From Bacillus sp. AFS098217 (GTDB taxonomy: Bacteria > Bacillota > Bacilli > Bacillales > Bacillaceae_G), in the NCBI RefSeq assembly GCF_002551815.1, contig NZ_NVPR01000004.1, forward strand, positions 3,166 to 43,165: 40,000 nucleotides of DNA. Reading direction: 5' to 3'. Below the pieces are notes generated by a model. That model ran no database searches. It saw nothing but the letters and a program-made list of their open reading frames with translations, and was not told where the DNA came from. Shown here piece by piece: positions 1 through 10,058 of this stretch. Within the stretch, counting starts at the first letter, position 1. Each line of letters opens with the position of its first letter. Made by a program: the position numbers and the translations under genes.

Positions 1-1
1 T

Positions 2-67
2 AAGTATGATTTGATTGGGATATCTAGTAGTGATTTAACGCTTGAAGAAGATACGCACAGTTCATAA
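2..67 (+). CDS. 3' end of a CDS truncated by the window edge (..KYDLIGISSSDLTLEEDTHSS*)
   Basis: Open frame from the window start to TAA at 65-67, followed immediately by a terminator hairpin. Identity cannot be settled from 21 residues. Confidence 0.5.
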   Translation, partial: KYDLIGISSSDLTLEEDTHSS

Positions 68-82
68 ACTGTGCGTTTGTTT
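54..82 (+). terminator. Rho-independent terminator
   Basis: CGCACAG-ttcataaa-CTGTGCG followed by TTTGTTTT, overlapping the stop of the truncated CDS. Confidence 0.8.
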
Positions 83-500
83 TATATAGAAGGAAATGCG
101 ATATAAGGTTTTGCATTCTATTTCGTGTTTTTTGTTTTTGCTCGTTGTTCTAATTTGGTTTTTGGACTTTGATCGGCTACGTCTGAAGCAAGTCCTTGTG
201 GATTTACACTACTACTTTGTCCGCGATTACGGTTGTTATTTCCTTTTGCCATCTAATATCACCTCTATTGTTCTTTTGCTTTTTGTTGATATGCTTTATG
301 ATATCGCTCCATTTTCTCGCTTTTTTCGTGTGCAGAATTAGGATCATGGCCAAATTGATTGACAGAACTTTTTTGGGCCCCTTTGTTTACGTGGTTTGTC
401 ATTATATTCACCTCACTTTAAAGTTTAGTATGGACACTCTGAACAGAAAAAAACGTTGGAAAAGAAAAACCTCTTTACGTCATGTAAAGAGGTGGAATTA

Positions 501-1124
501 CTATTTATGTAAGGAACGCTCTTTATTTTCTAAGCGTCTGTGCGGTAAATGCCATTTGTAATGAATGGAAATCATGCGTAGGCAAACAATCAAAATAAAT
601 AAGGTGTATAGAGCCCAGTCACTGACAATAATCTTGGCGCCGATTAAAAATCCTGCTAGAATCGTCCAAAATGCATATACTTCTGCACGAAGGACGAGAG
701 GTTGGCGGCGTGCTAATAAATCACGAATGATTCCGCCGCCAATTCCTGTTAAAACAGCTGCGACAATTGTAGCGCTAATAGGTAAGTTGAGCTTTTGTGC
801 GTAAAGTGCTCCTTGTACAGCGAATGCCGATAAGCCAATGGCATCCGTAATGTTCTCCCATCGTTTCCAATGTGTGATTAATTTATTTGGAAATAGAAAG
901 ATAATTGTCATTGATAAGAGTGCAATTTGAAATAACATGTCTTGTTGCCAAAAAGCGTTGATTGGATAACCGATTAATAAATTACGAAGAGCACCTCCTC
1001 CAAATGCAGTTGCCATTCCTAAAATATATACTCCAAAAATATCGTAATCTTCTTCCATTGCGACAATCGCTCCGCTTAGTGCGAAGGCGATTGTACCGAT
1101 GATGCTAAAAATCTCCCATGCCAT
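501..1124 (-). CDS. Trimeric intracellular cation channel / UPF0126 family membrane protein (YvgT-like)
   Basis: Hydrophobic 207-aa protein with glycine-rich family motifs (ALSGAIVAMEEDYDIFGVYILGMATAFGGGALRNLL; GIGGGIIRDLL). Confidence 0.85.
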   Translation of the reverse strand: MAWEIFSIIGTIAFALSGAIVAMEEDYDIFGVYILGMATAFGGGALRNLLIGYPINAFWQQDMLFQIALLSMTIIFLFPNKLITHWKRWENITDAIGLSAFAVQGALYAQKLNLPISATIVAAVLTGIGGGIIRDLLARRQPLVLRAEVYAFWTILAGFLIGAKIIVSDWALYTLFILIVCLRMISIHYKWHLPHRRLENKERSLHK

Positions 1125-1213
1125 GAATTTTCTCCCCCGCTAACTAGATGAAATGTGCTTCCTCTGCTATTATATTAGAAGGTTTAATTTTCGAAAAGGA
1201 TGAGTGAGCATAT

Positions 1214-2494
1214 TTGATGGAAGAAAAAGAAAAAGTCATATTAGTTGGCTGTCAATTGCCGCAAGATGATGATGAGCGGTTTATGCATTCTATGACAGAG
1301 CTTACGTCACTCGCAAAGACGGCGCGTGCAGAAGTTTTGGTATCTACAACGCAAAAACGTCCGAAATTTCATCCTGCTACTTATATAGGAAAAGGGAAAT
1401 TAGAGGAACTTGCTGCACTGACTGAAGAATTAGAACCGGCTGTTATTATATTTAATAATGAGTTAACATCAAGTCAAATTCGTAATTTATCTTCTGTATT
1501 AGATGCAAGAGTAATTGATCGAACGCAACTGATATTGGATATTTTTGCTCAGCGTGCGAAATCAAGAGAAGGGAAGCTTCAAGTGGAGCTCGCTCAGTTG
1601 CAATATATGATGCCACGCCTTATGGGACAAGGAGTAGCCTTATCGCGTCTCGGGGGTGGAATTGGTACGCGAGGCCCAGGTGAAACGAAGCTAGAAACAG
1701 ATCGTCGTCATATTCGTTCGCGTATTGATGAAATTAAGAAACAACTCGCGGTTGTTGTGGAACACCGGAAAAGATATCGTGAGCGCCGAAAAAATAATCA
1801 AGTATTTCAAGTGGCATTAATAGGTTATACAAATGCTGGAAAATCGACGCTGTTTAACAGGTTAACAGAAGCTGATACGTTTGAAGAAAATTTACTGTTT
1901 GCAACGCTAGATCCAACAACGAGAAAAATGCAATTGCCTTGTGGTTACACCGTACTATTAACTGATACGGTAGGGTTTATTCAAGATTTACCTACGTCAT
2001 TGGTTGCGGCGTTTCGCTCTACATTGGAAGAAGCCGGAGAAGCGGATGTGATTTTACATGTTGTTGATTCGGCAGATCCAAACTATGCAGGGCATGAGCA
2101 GACGGTAAAACAATTATTACAAGATCTTGAAATTGATCATATTCCAATTATTACAGTTTACAACAAAAAGGATAAATTACATCAGAATTTTATTCCGTTT
2201 CCAAAAAGTGATTTTCTTATGACCAGTGCTTTCGAGGAAGTAGATTTATTAAGGTTAAAAGGATCAGTAGAAACGAAGATGATGGAAACGATGGAACCGT
2301 ATAAGGCTATGATTCCTCCAAGTGAAGGTAGATTATTAACGCTTGTAAAAACAGAAACGGTATTAACCGGGATGGAATTCAAAGAAGATGAATTTGTGTA
2401 TGAGTGTACAGGGTATATATTTGCTCATTCCCCGCTGAATGGACAATTAAAGAGATTTTTAGTGGAAAAAGGAGAAGAGAATAACAATGTTTGA
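1214..2494 (+). CDS. hflX: GTPase HflX
   Basis: 426 aa; HflX N-terminal domain, [15 protein letters not shown]1 [13 protein letters not shown]3 [10 protein letters not shown]. Confidence 0.95.
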   Translation: MMEEKEKVILVGCQLPQDDDERFMHSMTELTSLAKTARAEVLVSTTQKRPKFHPATYIGKGKLEELAALTEELEPAVIIFNNELTSSQIRNLSSVLDARVIDRTQLILDIFAQRAKSREGKLQVELAQLQYMMPRLMGQGVALSRLGGGIGTRGPGETKLETDRRHIRSRIDEIKKQLAVVVEHRKRYRERRKNNQVFQVALIGYTNAGKSTLFNRLTEADTFEENLLFATLDPTTRKMQLPCGYTVLLTDTVGFIQDLPTSLVAAFRSTLEEAGEADVILHVVDSADPNYAGHEQTVKQLLQDLEIDHIPIITVYNKKDKLHQNFIPFPKSDFLMTSAFEEVDLLRLKGSVETKMMETMEPYKAMIPPSEGRLLTLVKTETVLTGMEFKEDEFVYECTGYIFAHSPLNGQLKRFLVEKGEENNNV

Positions 2495-3758
2495 TCGTTT
2501 GGAAAATGGAGCAAGAATCGCTCCGATTGTAAAAGAAGTGGAAAGTCAAATTGTAGATATACATAAACGTGTAGATGAAGTGATTGAGAGTAATCAATTT
2601 CGCGTATTAGAAAGTTTTCGTAAACATAAAATTAGTGATTCGCACTTTATCCCAACAACGGGGTATGGTTATGATGACATCGGCCGTGACACGTTAGAAA
2701 AAGTGTATGCTGATGTATTTGGAGCGGAGGCAGGTCTTGTTCGTCCGCAAATTATTTCAGGTACACATGCAATTTCAACAGCTTTATTTGGTATATTGCG
2801 TCCGAATGACGAGTTATTATATATAACAGGGAAACCATATGATACGTTAGAAGAAATTGTTGGCGTACGTGGTAAGGGTGTTGGTTCTTTCAAAGAATAT
2901 AATATTGGTTACAATGCGGTTCCGTTAACAGATGAAGGACGTGTTGATTTTAAAGCTGTACAAGCTGCCATCCATGATAAGACAAAAATGATTGGAATTC
3001 AGCGTTCAAAAGGCTATGCGAATCGTCCTTCATTTACTGTTGCGGAAATTAAAGAGATGATTTCATTTGTAAAGAAAATCAAGCCAGATGTTATTGTGTT
3101 TGTAGACAACTGTTATGGAGAGTTCGTGGAGGAGTTAGAGCCATGTCATGTTGGTGCGGACTTAATGGCGGGATCTCTTATTAAAAACCCAGGTGGCGGA
3201 ATTGTAAAAACAGGTGGTTACATTGTTGGGAAAGAGCAATATGTAGAAGCTTGTGCGTATCGTTTAACGTCTCCGGGGATTGGAGCGGAAGCAGGTGCTT
3301 CTTTATATAGTTTGCAGGAAATGTATCAAGGTTTCTTCTTAGCGCCTCATGTAGCAGGACAAGCGCTAAAAGGAGCGATTTTTACAGCGGCATTTTTAGA
3401 AAAGCTAGGAATGAATACATCACCAACTTGGAATGCTGTAAGAACGGATTTGATTCAGTCTGTTCAATTTGATGATAAAGAGCGTATGGTTGCATTTTGT
3501 CAGGCGATTCAATACGCATCTCCAATCAATTCACACTTTACACCGTACCCGAACTATATGCCAGGTTATGAAGATGATGTTATTATGGCTGCAGGTACGT
3601 TTATTCAAGGTGCAAGCATTGAATTATCAGCAGACGGTCCGATTCGTGCGCCTTATGTTGCTTATGTACAAGGTGGATTAACTTATTCTCACGTGAAGAT
3701 TGCGATTTGCTCTGCAATTGATGCGTTGATTGAAAAAAATCTATTAACAATTTCGTAA
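2487..3758 (+). CDS. Methionine gamma-lyase family / aluminium resistance family PLP-dependent protein (YnbB-like)
   Basis: 423 aa; PLP fold type I signatures ([20 protein letters not shown]); overlaps the hflX stop; conserved upstream of glnRA in Bacillus. Confidence 0.9.
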   Translation: MFDRLENGARIAPIVKEVESQIVDIHKRVDEVIESNQFRVLESFRKHKISDSHFIPTTGYGYDDIGRDTLEKVYADVFGAEAGLVRPQIISGTHAISTALFGILRPNDELLYITGKPYDTLEEIVGVRGKGVGSFKEYNIGYNAVPLTDEGRVDFKAVQAAIHDKTKMIGIQRSKGYANRPSFTVAEIKEMISFVKKIKPDVIVFVDNCYGEFVEELEPCHVGADLMAGSLIKNPGGGIVKTGGYIVGKEQYVEACAYRLTSPGIGAEAGASLYSLQEMYQGFFLAPHVAGQALKGAIFTAAFLEKLGMNTSPTWNAVRTDLIQSVQFDDKERMVAFCQAIQYASPINSHFTPYPNYMPGYEDDVIMAAGTFIQGASIELSADGPIRAPYVAYVQGGLTYSHVKIAICSAIDALIEKNLLTIS

Positions 3759-3760
3759 GG

Positions 3761-3789
3761 AAAAAGCTGTCGATCTCGACAGCTTTTTT
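3761..3789 (+). terminator. Rho-independent terminator
   Basis: AAAAAGCTGTCG-atct-CGACAGCTTTTTT. Confidence 0.92.
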
Positions 3790-3848
3790 GCATAGAAGCA
3801 GGTATTTGTGACATTTCTAAAAAAGAATAAAAAATTTATAAAAAACGA

Positions 3849-3887
3849 TGTAAGAAAAGCTAACATCTATTGACACTAAACATAACA
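3849..3887 (+). promoter_or_regulatory. Tandem GlnR/TnrA boxes upstream of glnRA
   Basis: TGTAAGAAAAGCTAACA (3849-3865) matches TGTNA-N7-TNACA exactly. A second, weaker copy TGACACTAAACATAACA (3871-3887) lies 22 bp downstream, overlapping the -35. Confidence 0.85.
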
Positions 3888-3898
3888 TGGTATAGAAT
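3870..3898 (+). promoter_or_regulatory. Sigma-A-type promoter of glnRA
   Basis: TTGACA (3870-3875), N17, TAGAAT (3893-3898). Confidence 0.85.
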
Positions 3899-3932
3899 GA
3901 GAAGCAGTTAAGGCGAAGGAGGAACTGAAACA

Positions 3933-4322
3933 ATGAAAGAAGATAGACGTTCTGCCCCGCTGTTTCCTATTGGTATTGTAATGGATTTAACACAATTATC
4001 TGCTCGTCAAATTCGCTACTATGAAGAGCACAATTTAATTTTCCCAACTCGTACAAAGGGAAATCGTAGATTGTTTTCATTTAACGATGTAGATAAGTTG
4101 TTAGAAATTAAAGATTTGTTAGATCAAGGCTTAAATATGGCTGGTATTAAACAAGTTTTACAAATGAAAGAAAATCAAACAGAAGCAGTGAAAGTAAAAG
4201 AGGAAACGAAAGAAATTTCAAAGGCCGAGCTTCGTAAAATTCTTCGTGATGAACTGCAGCATACAGGCAGATTTAATCGAACATCATTACGACAAGGTGA
4301 TATTTCAAGGTTTTTTCACTAA
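3933..4322 (+). CDS. glnR: MerR-family glutamine synthetase repressor GlnR
   Basis: 129 aa MerR HTH ([29 protein letters not shown]), immediately upstream of glnA, with GlnR-type boxes upstream. Confidence 0.95.
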   Translation: MKEDRRSAPLFPIGIVMDLTQLSARQIRYYEEHNLIFPTRTKGNRRLFSFNDVDKLLEIKDLLDQGLNMAGIKQVLQMKENQTEAVKVKEETKEISKAELRKILRDELQHTGRFNRTSLRQGDISRFFH

Positions 4323-4370
4323 AGATTACTGATTCTGAAGGTGTTTAGAGGGACTAAGGAGGAATTTATA

Positions 4371-5705
4371 ATGGTTAAGTACACTAGAGAAGATATTTTC
4401 CGTTTAGCGAAAGAAGAGAATGTAAAGTATATCCGTTTACAATTTACGGATCTTTTAGGAAGTATTAAAAACGTAGAGATTCCAGTTAGTCAGTTAACGA
4501 AAGCACTAGATAACAAAATGATGTTTGATGGATCTTCTATTGAGGGATTCGTACGTATTGAAGAGTCTGATATGTACTTATATCCGGATTTAGACACTTG
4601 GGTAATATTCCCTTGGACTGCTGAAAAAGGTAAAGTAGCTCGCCTGATTTGCGATATCTACAACGCTGATGGTACTCCATTTGAAGGTGATCCACGTAAC
4701 AACTTAAAACGTATGTTGAAAGAAATGGAAGCACTAGGATTTACTGAATTCAACCTTGGACCAGAACCAGAGTTCTTCCTATTCAAAGTTGATGAAAAAG
4801 GAAATCCAACATTAGAGCTAAATGATAACGGCGGATACTTCGACCTTGCGCCAATGGATCTAGGAGAAAACTGTCGTCGTGATATCGTTCTTGAACTTGA
4901 AGAAATGGGCTTTGAAATTGAAGCGTCTCACCATGAGGTTGCACCAGGTCAACACGAAATTGACTTTAAATATGCAAACGCAATTCGTTCATGTGATGAC
5001 ATTCAAACATTCAAACTTGTTGTAAAAACAATCGCTCGTAAACACGGTTTACACGCAACATTTATGCCAAAACCATTATTTGGAGTGAACGGTTCAGGTA
5101 TGCACTGTAACTTATCACTATTCAAAAATGGAGAAAACGTATTCTATGATCAAAACGGTGATTTACAGTTAAGTGATGATGCGCGTCATTTCATCGCAGG
5201 TATTTTAAAACACGCACCAGCATTTACAGCGGTAGCAAACCCAACTGTAAACTCTTACAAACGTTTAGTACCTGGTTATGAGGCACCATGTTACGTAGCA
5301 TGGTCTGCACAAAACCGTAGTCCATTAGTACGTATTCCAGCATCTCGTGGTGTAAGTACACGTGTAGAAGTACGTAGTGTTGACCCAGCTGCAAACCCAT
5401 ATTTAGTAATGGCAACATTATTAGCTGCAGGTCTTGACGGAATTAAAAATAAATTAACTCCGCCAGCTGCAGTAGATCGTAACATCTATGTTATGACAAA
5501 AGAAGAGCGTGAAGAAGCAGGTATCGTTGATTTACCAGCAACATTAGCGCAAGCATTAGTTACATTACAATCTAACGAAATTATATGCGGTGCATTAGGT
5601 GAGCATTTACTTGAGCATTTCATCGAAGCTAAAGAAATTGAGTGGGATATGTTCAGAACGCAAGTTCACCAATGGGAACGCGATCAATATATGTCTCTTT
5701 ACTAA
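4371..5705 (+). CDS. glnA: Type I glutamine synthetase
   Basis: [10 protein letters not shown]... with [36 protein letters not shown]. The ATG at 4371, preceded by AAGGAGG, is preferred over the ORF-track start at 4341. Confidence 0.97.
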   Translation: MVKYTREDIFRLAKEENVKYIRLQFTDLLGSIKNVEIPVSQLTKALDNKMMFDGSSIEGFVRIEESDMYLYPDLDTWVIFPWTAEKGKVARLICDIYNADGTPFEGDPRNNLKRMLKEMEALGFTEFNLGPEPEFFLFKVDEKGNPTLELNDNGGYFDLAPMDLGENCRRDIVLELEEMGFEIEASHHEVAPGQHEIDFKYANAIRSCDDIQTFKLVVKTIARKHGLHATFMPKPLFGVNGSGMHCNLSLFKNGENVFYDQNGDLQLSDDARHFIAGILKHAPAFTAVANPTVNSYKRLVPGYEAPCYVAWSAQNRSPLVRIPASRGVSTRVEVRSVDPAANPYLVMATLLAAGLDGIKNKLTPPAAVDRNIYVMTKEEREEAGIVDLPATLAQALVTLQSNEIICGALGEHLLEHFIEAKEIEWDMFRTQVHQWERDQYMSLY

Positions 5706-5707
5706 GA

Positions 5708-5750
5708 GTTCGATGCCTTGATACTACTGGTATCGGGGTCTTTTTTCTTT
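5708..5750 (+). terminator. glnA terminator
   Basis: GAtGCCttGATAC-tactg-GTATCggGGTC followed by TTTTTTC. Confidence 0.8.
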
Positions 5751-5784
5751 CGGGCAATCTTATTGGACGGTTGTTTATTTTATC

Positions 5785-5804
5785 AACTGCCCGATAACTG
5801 CCCG
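5785..5804. repeat. Tandem AACTGCCCG repeats beside the integrase 3' end (candidate attL or arm-type sites)
   Basis: AACTGCCCG at 5785-5793 and 5796-5804, with inverted CGGGCA at 5751-5756. Confidence 0.4.
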
Positions 5805-5820
5805 GGTTTATTTTAAAAAA

Positions 5821-6978
5821 TTATTCAAGGACATTTCTCATGTGCTCCTCGAATTTATCCATTGCTTCTTTATCTAATTTTTTACTGATGTGTGAATAAA
5901 CATCAGATGTAATTTGCATACTACCATGTCCAAGACGTTCTTGTAAATATTTCATGCTGACACCAGCTTCAAGTTGAAGTACTGCGTGTGTATGTCTTAA
6001 TGAATGAATTGGCAAAGGTGGCAGATTTGCTTTCTTTAAAATTCTAGAGAATGAATTAAAAAGGCTCGACTTTGGCATATAGTTACCATCATTTCTGCAG
6101 AGAACTAAATTTAGATCAAAGTGATAATTGTCATTTAAAGCTAGCTTATTTTGGTTTTGGTATTTTTGATGAAAATGTAAGTCATTTGCAAGACCTTGAC
6201 TAATTGTAATAATTCGTTTTGAATTATAATTTTTTGTGGCCCCAAACATCATATTTGGATTCTTAGTTGCTTCACGGAAATCTAACGACTTATTAATATT
6301 GATAGTTTTTTCTTTTAAGTTCACATCAGTCCATTGTAATGCAGCAGCTTCTCCTTTACGCATTCCAGTCTCAATTAATGTTTTATAGAATATCCAGTAA
6401 ATATAATCATATTTATAGGCTTCTCGTAAAAAATCAGAAATGCGTTCTGATTCTATAAACTGTATTTCTGGATCCCTTTTTTTAATTTTTATTTCTACTC
6501 CAATACAAGGATTCTTTGTAACTTTTTCTAAAATTATTGCCTTCTCCATAGCGTTATACATAGTTCCATGAACAATTTCAACAGTCCGTCTACTGTATCC
6601 TTTTTCAGTTAAATAATTAATAAATTTTTGGTATAGAACAGGTTTAACATCTTTTAAAAGGATGTTTTTAAAATAAGGAATGATGTGGTTTTTAACACTA
6701 TTTTGGTGTAGTGAAAATGTATTCTTTGCCACAGTTCCTTTTTTATATTCATTTAACCATGTTTCAAGATATGACTTCAAAGATTCATCAGTTGGATGAT
6801 AGCCTTCACGTAGTTGCTTTTCTACTGCTTCGGCTGCTAATTTTGCTTCGGCTTTATTTGTAAATCCCTTTTTTGACTTTTCTCTAGTTCTTCGTGTGAT
6901 TGGATCCTGATAATAGATGCGGTATTCCCAAAAGTCTTTATTGGATCCTTTCTTTTTATACTTATGGAAGGTTGCCAT
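5821..6978 (-). CDS. int: Phage tyrosine recombinase/integrase
   Basis: 385 aa; GMRKGEAAALQW, HSLRHTHAVLQLEAGVSMKYLQERLGHGSMQITSDVYSH catalytic box. Confidence 0.95.
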   Translation of the reverse strand: MATFHKYKKKGSNKDFWEYRIYYQDPITRRTREKSKKGFTNKAEAKLAAEAVEKQLREGYHPTDESLKSYLETWLNEYKKGTVAKNTFSLHQNSVKNHIIPYFKNILLKDVKPVLYQKFINYLTEKGYSRRTVEIVHGTMYNAMEKAIILEKVTKNPCIGVEIKIKKRDPEIQFIESERISDFLREAYKYDYIYWIFYKTLIETGMRKGEAAALQWTDVNLKEKTININKSLDFREATKNPNMMFGATKNYNSKRIITISQGLANDLHFHQKYQNQNKLALNDNYHFDLNLVLCRNDGNYMPKSSLFNSFSRILKKANLPPLPIHSLRHTHAVLQLEAGVSMKYLQERLGHGSMQITSDVYSHISKKLDKEAMDKFEEHMRNVLE

Positions 6979-7059
6979 ACTAAAAACTCCTTTCTTCTTT
7001 TGTTTAAAAAGAGTAGACCGTCGTCTACTCTTCGATGTTAAATTACTAGCGCTAGAAAT

Positions 7060-7689
7060 TTATAGATCTCTTGTAAAGCGAATTGCTTTCCCAATTATTC
7101 GGGCTGGTACATTTGATGTAAGAACTATCGGTTCATATGAAGAATTGTCAGGCATTAAGATTACAACGTCACCTTGCTTTTTAACCCTTTTTAAAGTTGC
7201 TTCAGTATCACCGTTAATCAGAACAGCTGCTATTTCTCCATTTTCCACATCGGTTTGTTTTCGAATTAACACAAAAGATCCATTAGGAATAGTTGGTTCC
7301 ATTGAATTACCTTTGGCTTCCAAATAATATAATTCCCCTTGTGGTAAAATATCGGACATTTCATAACGGAATCCTTCAAAATTTTCTTCGGCACATATAG
7401 GTAAGCCACATGCTATTTTTCCTAATATCGGTATCTTTACTGGATGAATCGAAGCATCGTATAGATTAGAAGGCTTCTCTTCAGTTAAGTCAGATCGATT
7501 AATCCTAAAATAATCAGCTAGCATTTGTAGTTTATCTGGTCTTGGATAAGTATTAGCTTTAATCCAGTTTGATACAGTTGTTTCAGGTACATTTATGTCA
7601 TTAGCTAGATAAGTTTGATTGATTCCATTACGATCTAAATATTTTTTTAAGTTACTCGCAAAAATTTCTTTCATTTTCTGTGCATCCAT
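7060..7689 (-). CDS. CI-like lysogeny repressor: XRE HTH plus S24/LexA-type peptidase domain
   Basis: 209 aa; HTH (YLANDINVPETTVSNWIKANTYPRPDKLQMLADYF) and C-terminal GNSMEPTIPNGSFVLIRKQTDVENGEIAAVLINGDTEATLKR. Confidence 0.93.
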   Translation of the reverse strand: MDAQKMKEIFASNLKKYLDRNGINQTYLANDINVPETTVSNWIKANTYPRPDKLQMLADYFRINRSDLTEEKPSNLYDASIHPVKIPILGKIACGLPICAEENFEGFRYEMSDILPQGELYYLEAKGNSMEPTIPNGSFVLIRKQTDVENGEIAAVLINGDTEATLKRVKKQGDVVILMPDNSSYEPIVLTSNVPARIIGKAIRFTRDL

Positions 7690-7716
7690 TTGGATTTCAC
7701 CTCACTTTCTATTATC

Positions 7717-7745
7717 ATTTTACCGTTTTTCGGTAGTTGTGTAAA
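7717..7745 (-). promoter_or_regulatory. Repressor promoter (minus strand)
   Basis: Minus strand TTTACA (7745-7740), N17, TAAAAT (7722-7717). Confidence 0.7.
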
Positions 7746-7788
7746 GGTTTAAAATACCGTTTAAAAGTATTTTTTGTACTTTTATGTA

Positions 7789-7817
7789 TTGACTATACCG
7801 TTTAAAGGTAGTATATT
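7789..7817 (+). promoter_or_regulatory. Early/lytic promoter
   Basis: TTGACT (7789-7794), N17, TATATT (7812-7817); the spacer contains an operator copy. Confidence 0.8.
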
Positions 7818-7849
7818 AGGTGTAGAAATTAACGAAAGGAGATAAAGCG

Positions 7850-8095
7850 ATGTTTCAGATAACGTTAAAAGCTGCTAGAGTAAACGCTGGATTAAAACAA
7901 GAAATAGCAGCAAATATGCTTGAAGTATCAGAAAAAACCCTTCGAAATTATGAACAAGGCGTTACTGCTATTCCTGGTCATGTTTTACAAAAAGCTTCTA
8001 TTTTATACAAAATTCCGTCTGATTACATTCGATTACCCATTATAAATGATGGTAAGTACGATGATGATTTTTTTTTAATGGACACTACCGTTTAA
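7850..8095 (+). CDS. Cro-like XRE-family transcriptional regulator
   Basis: 81 aa HTH (GLKQEIAANMLEVSEKTLRNYEQGVTAIPGHVLQKAS), divergent from the repressor, RBS GAAAGGAG. Confidence 0.85.
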   Translation: MFQITLKAARVNAGLKQEIAANMLEVSEKTLRNYEQGVTAIPGHVLQKASILYKIPSDYIRLPIINDGKYDDDFFLMDTTV

Positions 8096-8170
8096 AGGTA
8101 TATCGATTGAGAAACACGAGGAGTAATCCTTACTTTTTTAGAGTGTAAATTTAAGAAAGAGGGTGACATC

Positions 8171-8440
8171 ATGCTTAATATCCAACTAGATAACGGAATA
8201 ATTGAACAGCGTTTTTTAGAAGAATTAAAAAAACGATTAGATCAAATCGAACGAAGAAAAACTTTATGGGATATGAAAGAGTTGTGTAAACAAACGAGTA
8301 TGAGTGAAAACACCATAAAGGAGAAATTCTTCTATGATGAACGTTTTGCAAAGTACAAAATTGGTGGAAAGTGGTATTTTCCGGCTGTAGAAGCAGAAAA
8401 TTTTTTACTTATGTGGATACAGGAACAGCCAAGCTATTGA
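8171..8440 (+). CDS. DUF771-like / HTH early phage protein
   Basis: 89 aa; DMKELCKQTSMSENTIKEKFFYDERFAKYKIGGKWYFPAVEAENFL; RBS and syntenic position after cro. Confidence 0.7.
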   Translation: MLNIQLDNGIIEQRFLEELKKRLDQIERRKTLWDMKELCKQTSMSENTIKEKFFYDERFAKYKIGGKWYFPAVEAENFLLMWIQEQPSY

Positions 8441-8446
8441 AGGATA

Positions 8447-8467
8447 AATAAGGGCCTTATTTTTTTG
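8447..8467 (+). terminator. Terminator after the DUF771-like gene
   Basis: AATAAGG-g-CCTTATT followed by TTTTTT. Confidence 0.65.
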
Positions 8468-8532
8468 GCTTTCAAATGTCGAAAAATGAAGTCGTTATTT
8501 ATCGAAAAAACATTAGAAGAAGGTAAGGAGGC

Positions 8533-9375
8533 GTGAGAATGACAGATCAATTAACTGTAGTAAACGAACTACATATTTTAGGAAAACAAAACGTTGCTGG
8601 TTATGAATTCACTGGAATCGAGGGCGGATTTGGTGAAGGAAAAAAAGCAATGCTAGTTAAGGAAATTGCTGAGATTCATAACCGAGAAACTTGGAAAATT
8701 AACGAGCGAATTAATGATAATCGAAAAAGATTTCAAGATGGTATCGACATTATTGATTTAAAAACACCTCCGTTTAACGGATACGTTTTAGAAAGTTTGA
8801 AAATACAAGGAATTCTTATGCAGTCTCAAATTGGAAACGCAAAAAATATTTACATCCTTTCCGAACGTGGATACGCAAAACTATTAAAAATCCTTGAAGA
8901 CGATACAGCATGGGAATTATACGATCAATTTGTAGATGGTTATTTCAATATGAGACAGCAACAACAGCTTCCTACAGATCCAATTGGTATTTTGAGACTT
9001 ACATTCGAAGCTTTAGAAGAACAGAAACAGGAAATGCAAGATATTAGAGAAGATGTAAAAGATTTAAGAGATAATGCGCCGTTATTTGCCATTGAATGTG
9101 ATGAGATAGCAAAAGCTGTAAGAAGGTTGGGAGTTCTATTATTAGGTGGGAAAAATTGTAACGCTTATCAAGATATCAGTCTTAGAAGAAAACTGTATAG
9201 CGATATTTATAGTCAATTACATCGTGAATTTGGTGTGAATAGTTATAAAGCTATTAAACGTCACCATTTAGATAGAGCTATTCAAATCATTAATGAAGAA
9301 TATTCAATTCCAACGGTTTTAGATGAGGAAATTACAGCTACAAATGCACAAATAAACATGGCAGAAGTCCAGTAG
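8533..9375 (+). CDS. ORF6N/ORF6C-type phage antirepressor-like protein
   Basis: 280 aa; N-terminal ORF6N-like region (KAMLVKEIAEIHNRETWKINERINDNRKRF) and C-terminal ORF6C-like LYSDIYSQLHREFGVNSYKAIKRHHLDRAIQIIN. Confidence 0.8.
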   Translation: MRMTDQLTVVNELHILGKQNVAGYEFTGIEGGFGEGKKAMLVKEIAEIHNRETWKINERINDNRKRFQDGIDIIDLKTPPFNGYVLESLKIQGILMQSQIGNAKNIYILSERGYAKLLKILEDDTAWELYDQFVDGYFNMRQQQQLPTDPIGILRLTFEALEEQKQEMQDIREDVKDLRDNAPLFAIECDEIAKAVRRLGVLLLGGKNCNAYQDISLRRKLYSDIYSQLHREFGVNSYKAIKRHHLDRAIQIINEEYSIPTVLDEEITATNAQINMAEVQ

Positions 9376-9386
9376 GAGGAAGCAAC

Positions 9387-9575
9387 ATGCAACAAAAGAT
9401 TTTAGTTATTACTAGCAATTTAGTAGGTTTACCAACTATCAGTGAATTCAAGTCAAAAGATGATGCGAAAGAACAAGTTAAAAAGATGATTAAAAAAGGA
9501 ATAAGTCCAAATGCAATTCGCGTAACACAAGAAATTCCTATGAATATTGAAATTCAAGTGGATGTTGAATTTTAG
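9387..9575 (+). CDS. Hypothetical phage protein (62 aa)
   Basis: ORF with good spacing in the early operon; RBS GGAGGAAG upstream. Confidence 0.6.
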   Translation: MQQKILVITSNLVGLPTISEFKSKDDAKEQVKKMIKKGISPNAIRVTQEIPMNIEIQVDVEF

Positions 9576-9604
9576 TAACTAGAAAGGTTTAGGAGGAAAC
9601 AAAC

Positions 9605-10039
9605 ATGATTGATTTAAATACATTTGCTGATGGAGCGCTTGCTGAAAGATTCCATCAAGAATTCGAACGTGTAATGGAAAATATGCATGATTTAAATACT
9701 GATCCTAAAAAGGCGAGAAAAATTGTTTTAACACTTTCATTTGCAGGTGATCAAAAGCGTGAAGTATGGAATTGTCAGGTGCAAGCAACTTCAAAATTAG
9801 CACCAACAGAAGCGGTAGAGTCTAAGATTCTATTAGATATGGACCAGAACGGTAATTTAGTAGGACATGAGTTAGCATCAGGAGTTAAAGGGCAGTTCTA
9901 TATGGATTTAGAGGGTGAGGTTAAAACAGATACTGGTAAAGCAGTAGAAGAAGTTGAAACAATAGAGCCAGTAGAACCAGTACAAGAGGAACCGGAGAAA
10001 CAAATGGTTGTTGTGGATTTACAAAGAAAAACAAACTAA
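9605..10039 (+). CDS. Hypothetical phage protein (144 aa)
   Basis: RBS AGGAGG; co-oriented operon gene. Confidence 0.7.
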   Translation: MIDLNTFADGALAERFHQEFERVMENMHDLNTDPKKARKIVLTLSFAGDQKREVWNCQVQATSKLAPTEAVESKILLDMDQNGNLVGHELASGVKGQFYMDLEGEVKTDTGKAVEEVETIEPVEPVQEEPEKQMVVVDLQRKTN

Positions 10040-10058
10040 AGAAAAGAGGATATGAAAA

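Larger units (their letters stand above)
7721..8100. promoter_or_regulatory. Four copies of a 15-bp operator, TACCGTTTAAAGGTA-type
   Basis: TACCGTTTTTCGGTA 7721-7735; TACCGTTTAAAAGTA 7755-7769; TACCGTTTAAAGGTA 7796-7810; TACCGTTTAAAGGTA 8086-8100. Confidence 0.85.

Noticed and set aside
96-561. Two overlapping plus-strand ORFs (81 and 121 aa)
   Set aside because: Low-complexity, Phe/Ile/Leu- and Cys-rich translations, no convincing RBS, partly antisense to the end of the UPF0126 gene; likely spurious.
6917-7327. 136-aa plus-strand ORF antisense to int/repressor
   Set aside because: Lies across two well-supported minus-strand genes; no RBS or family signature.
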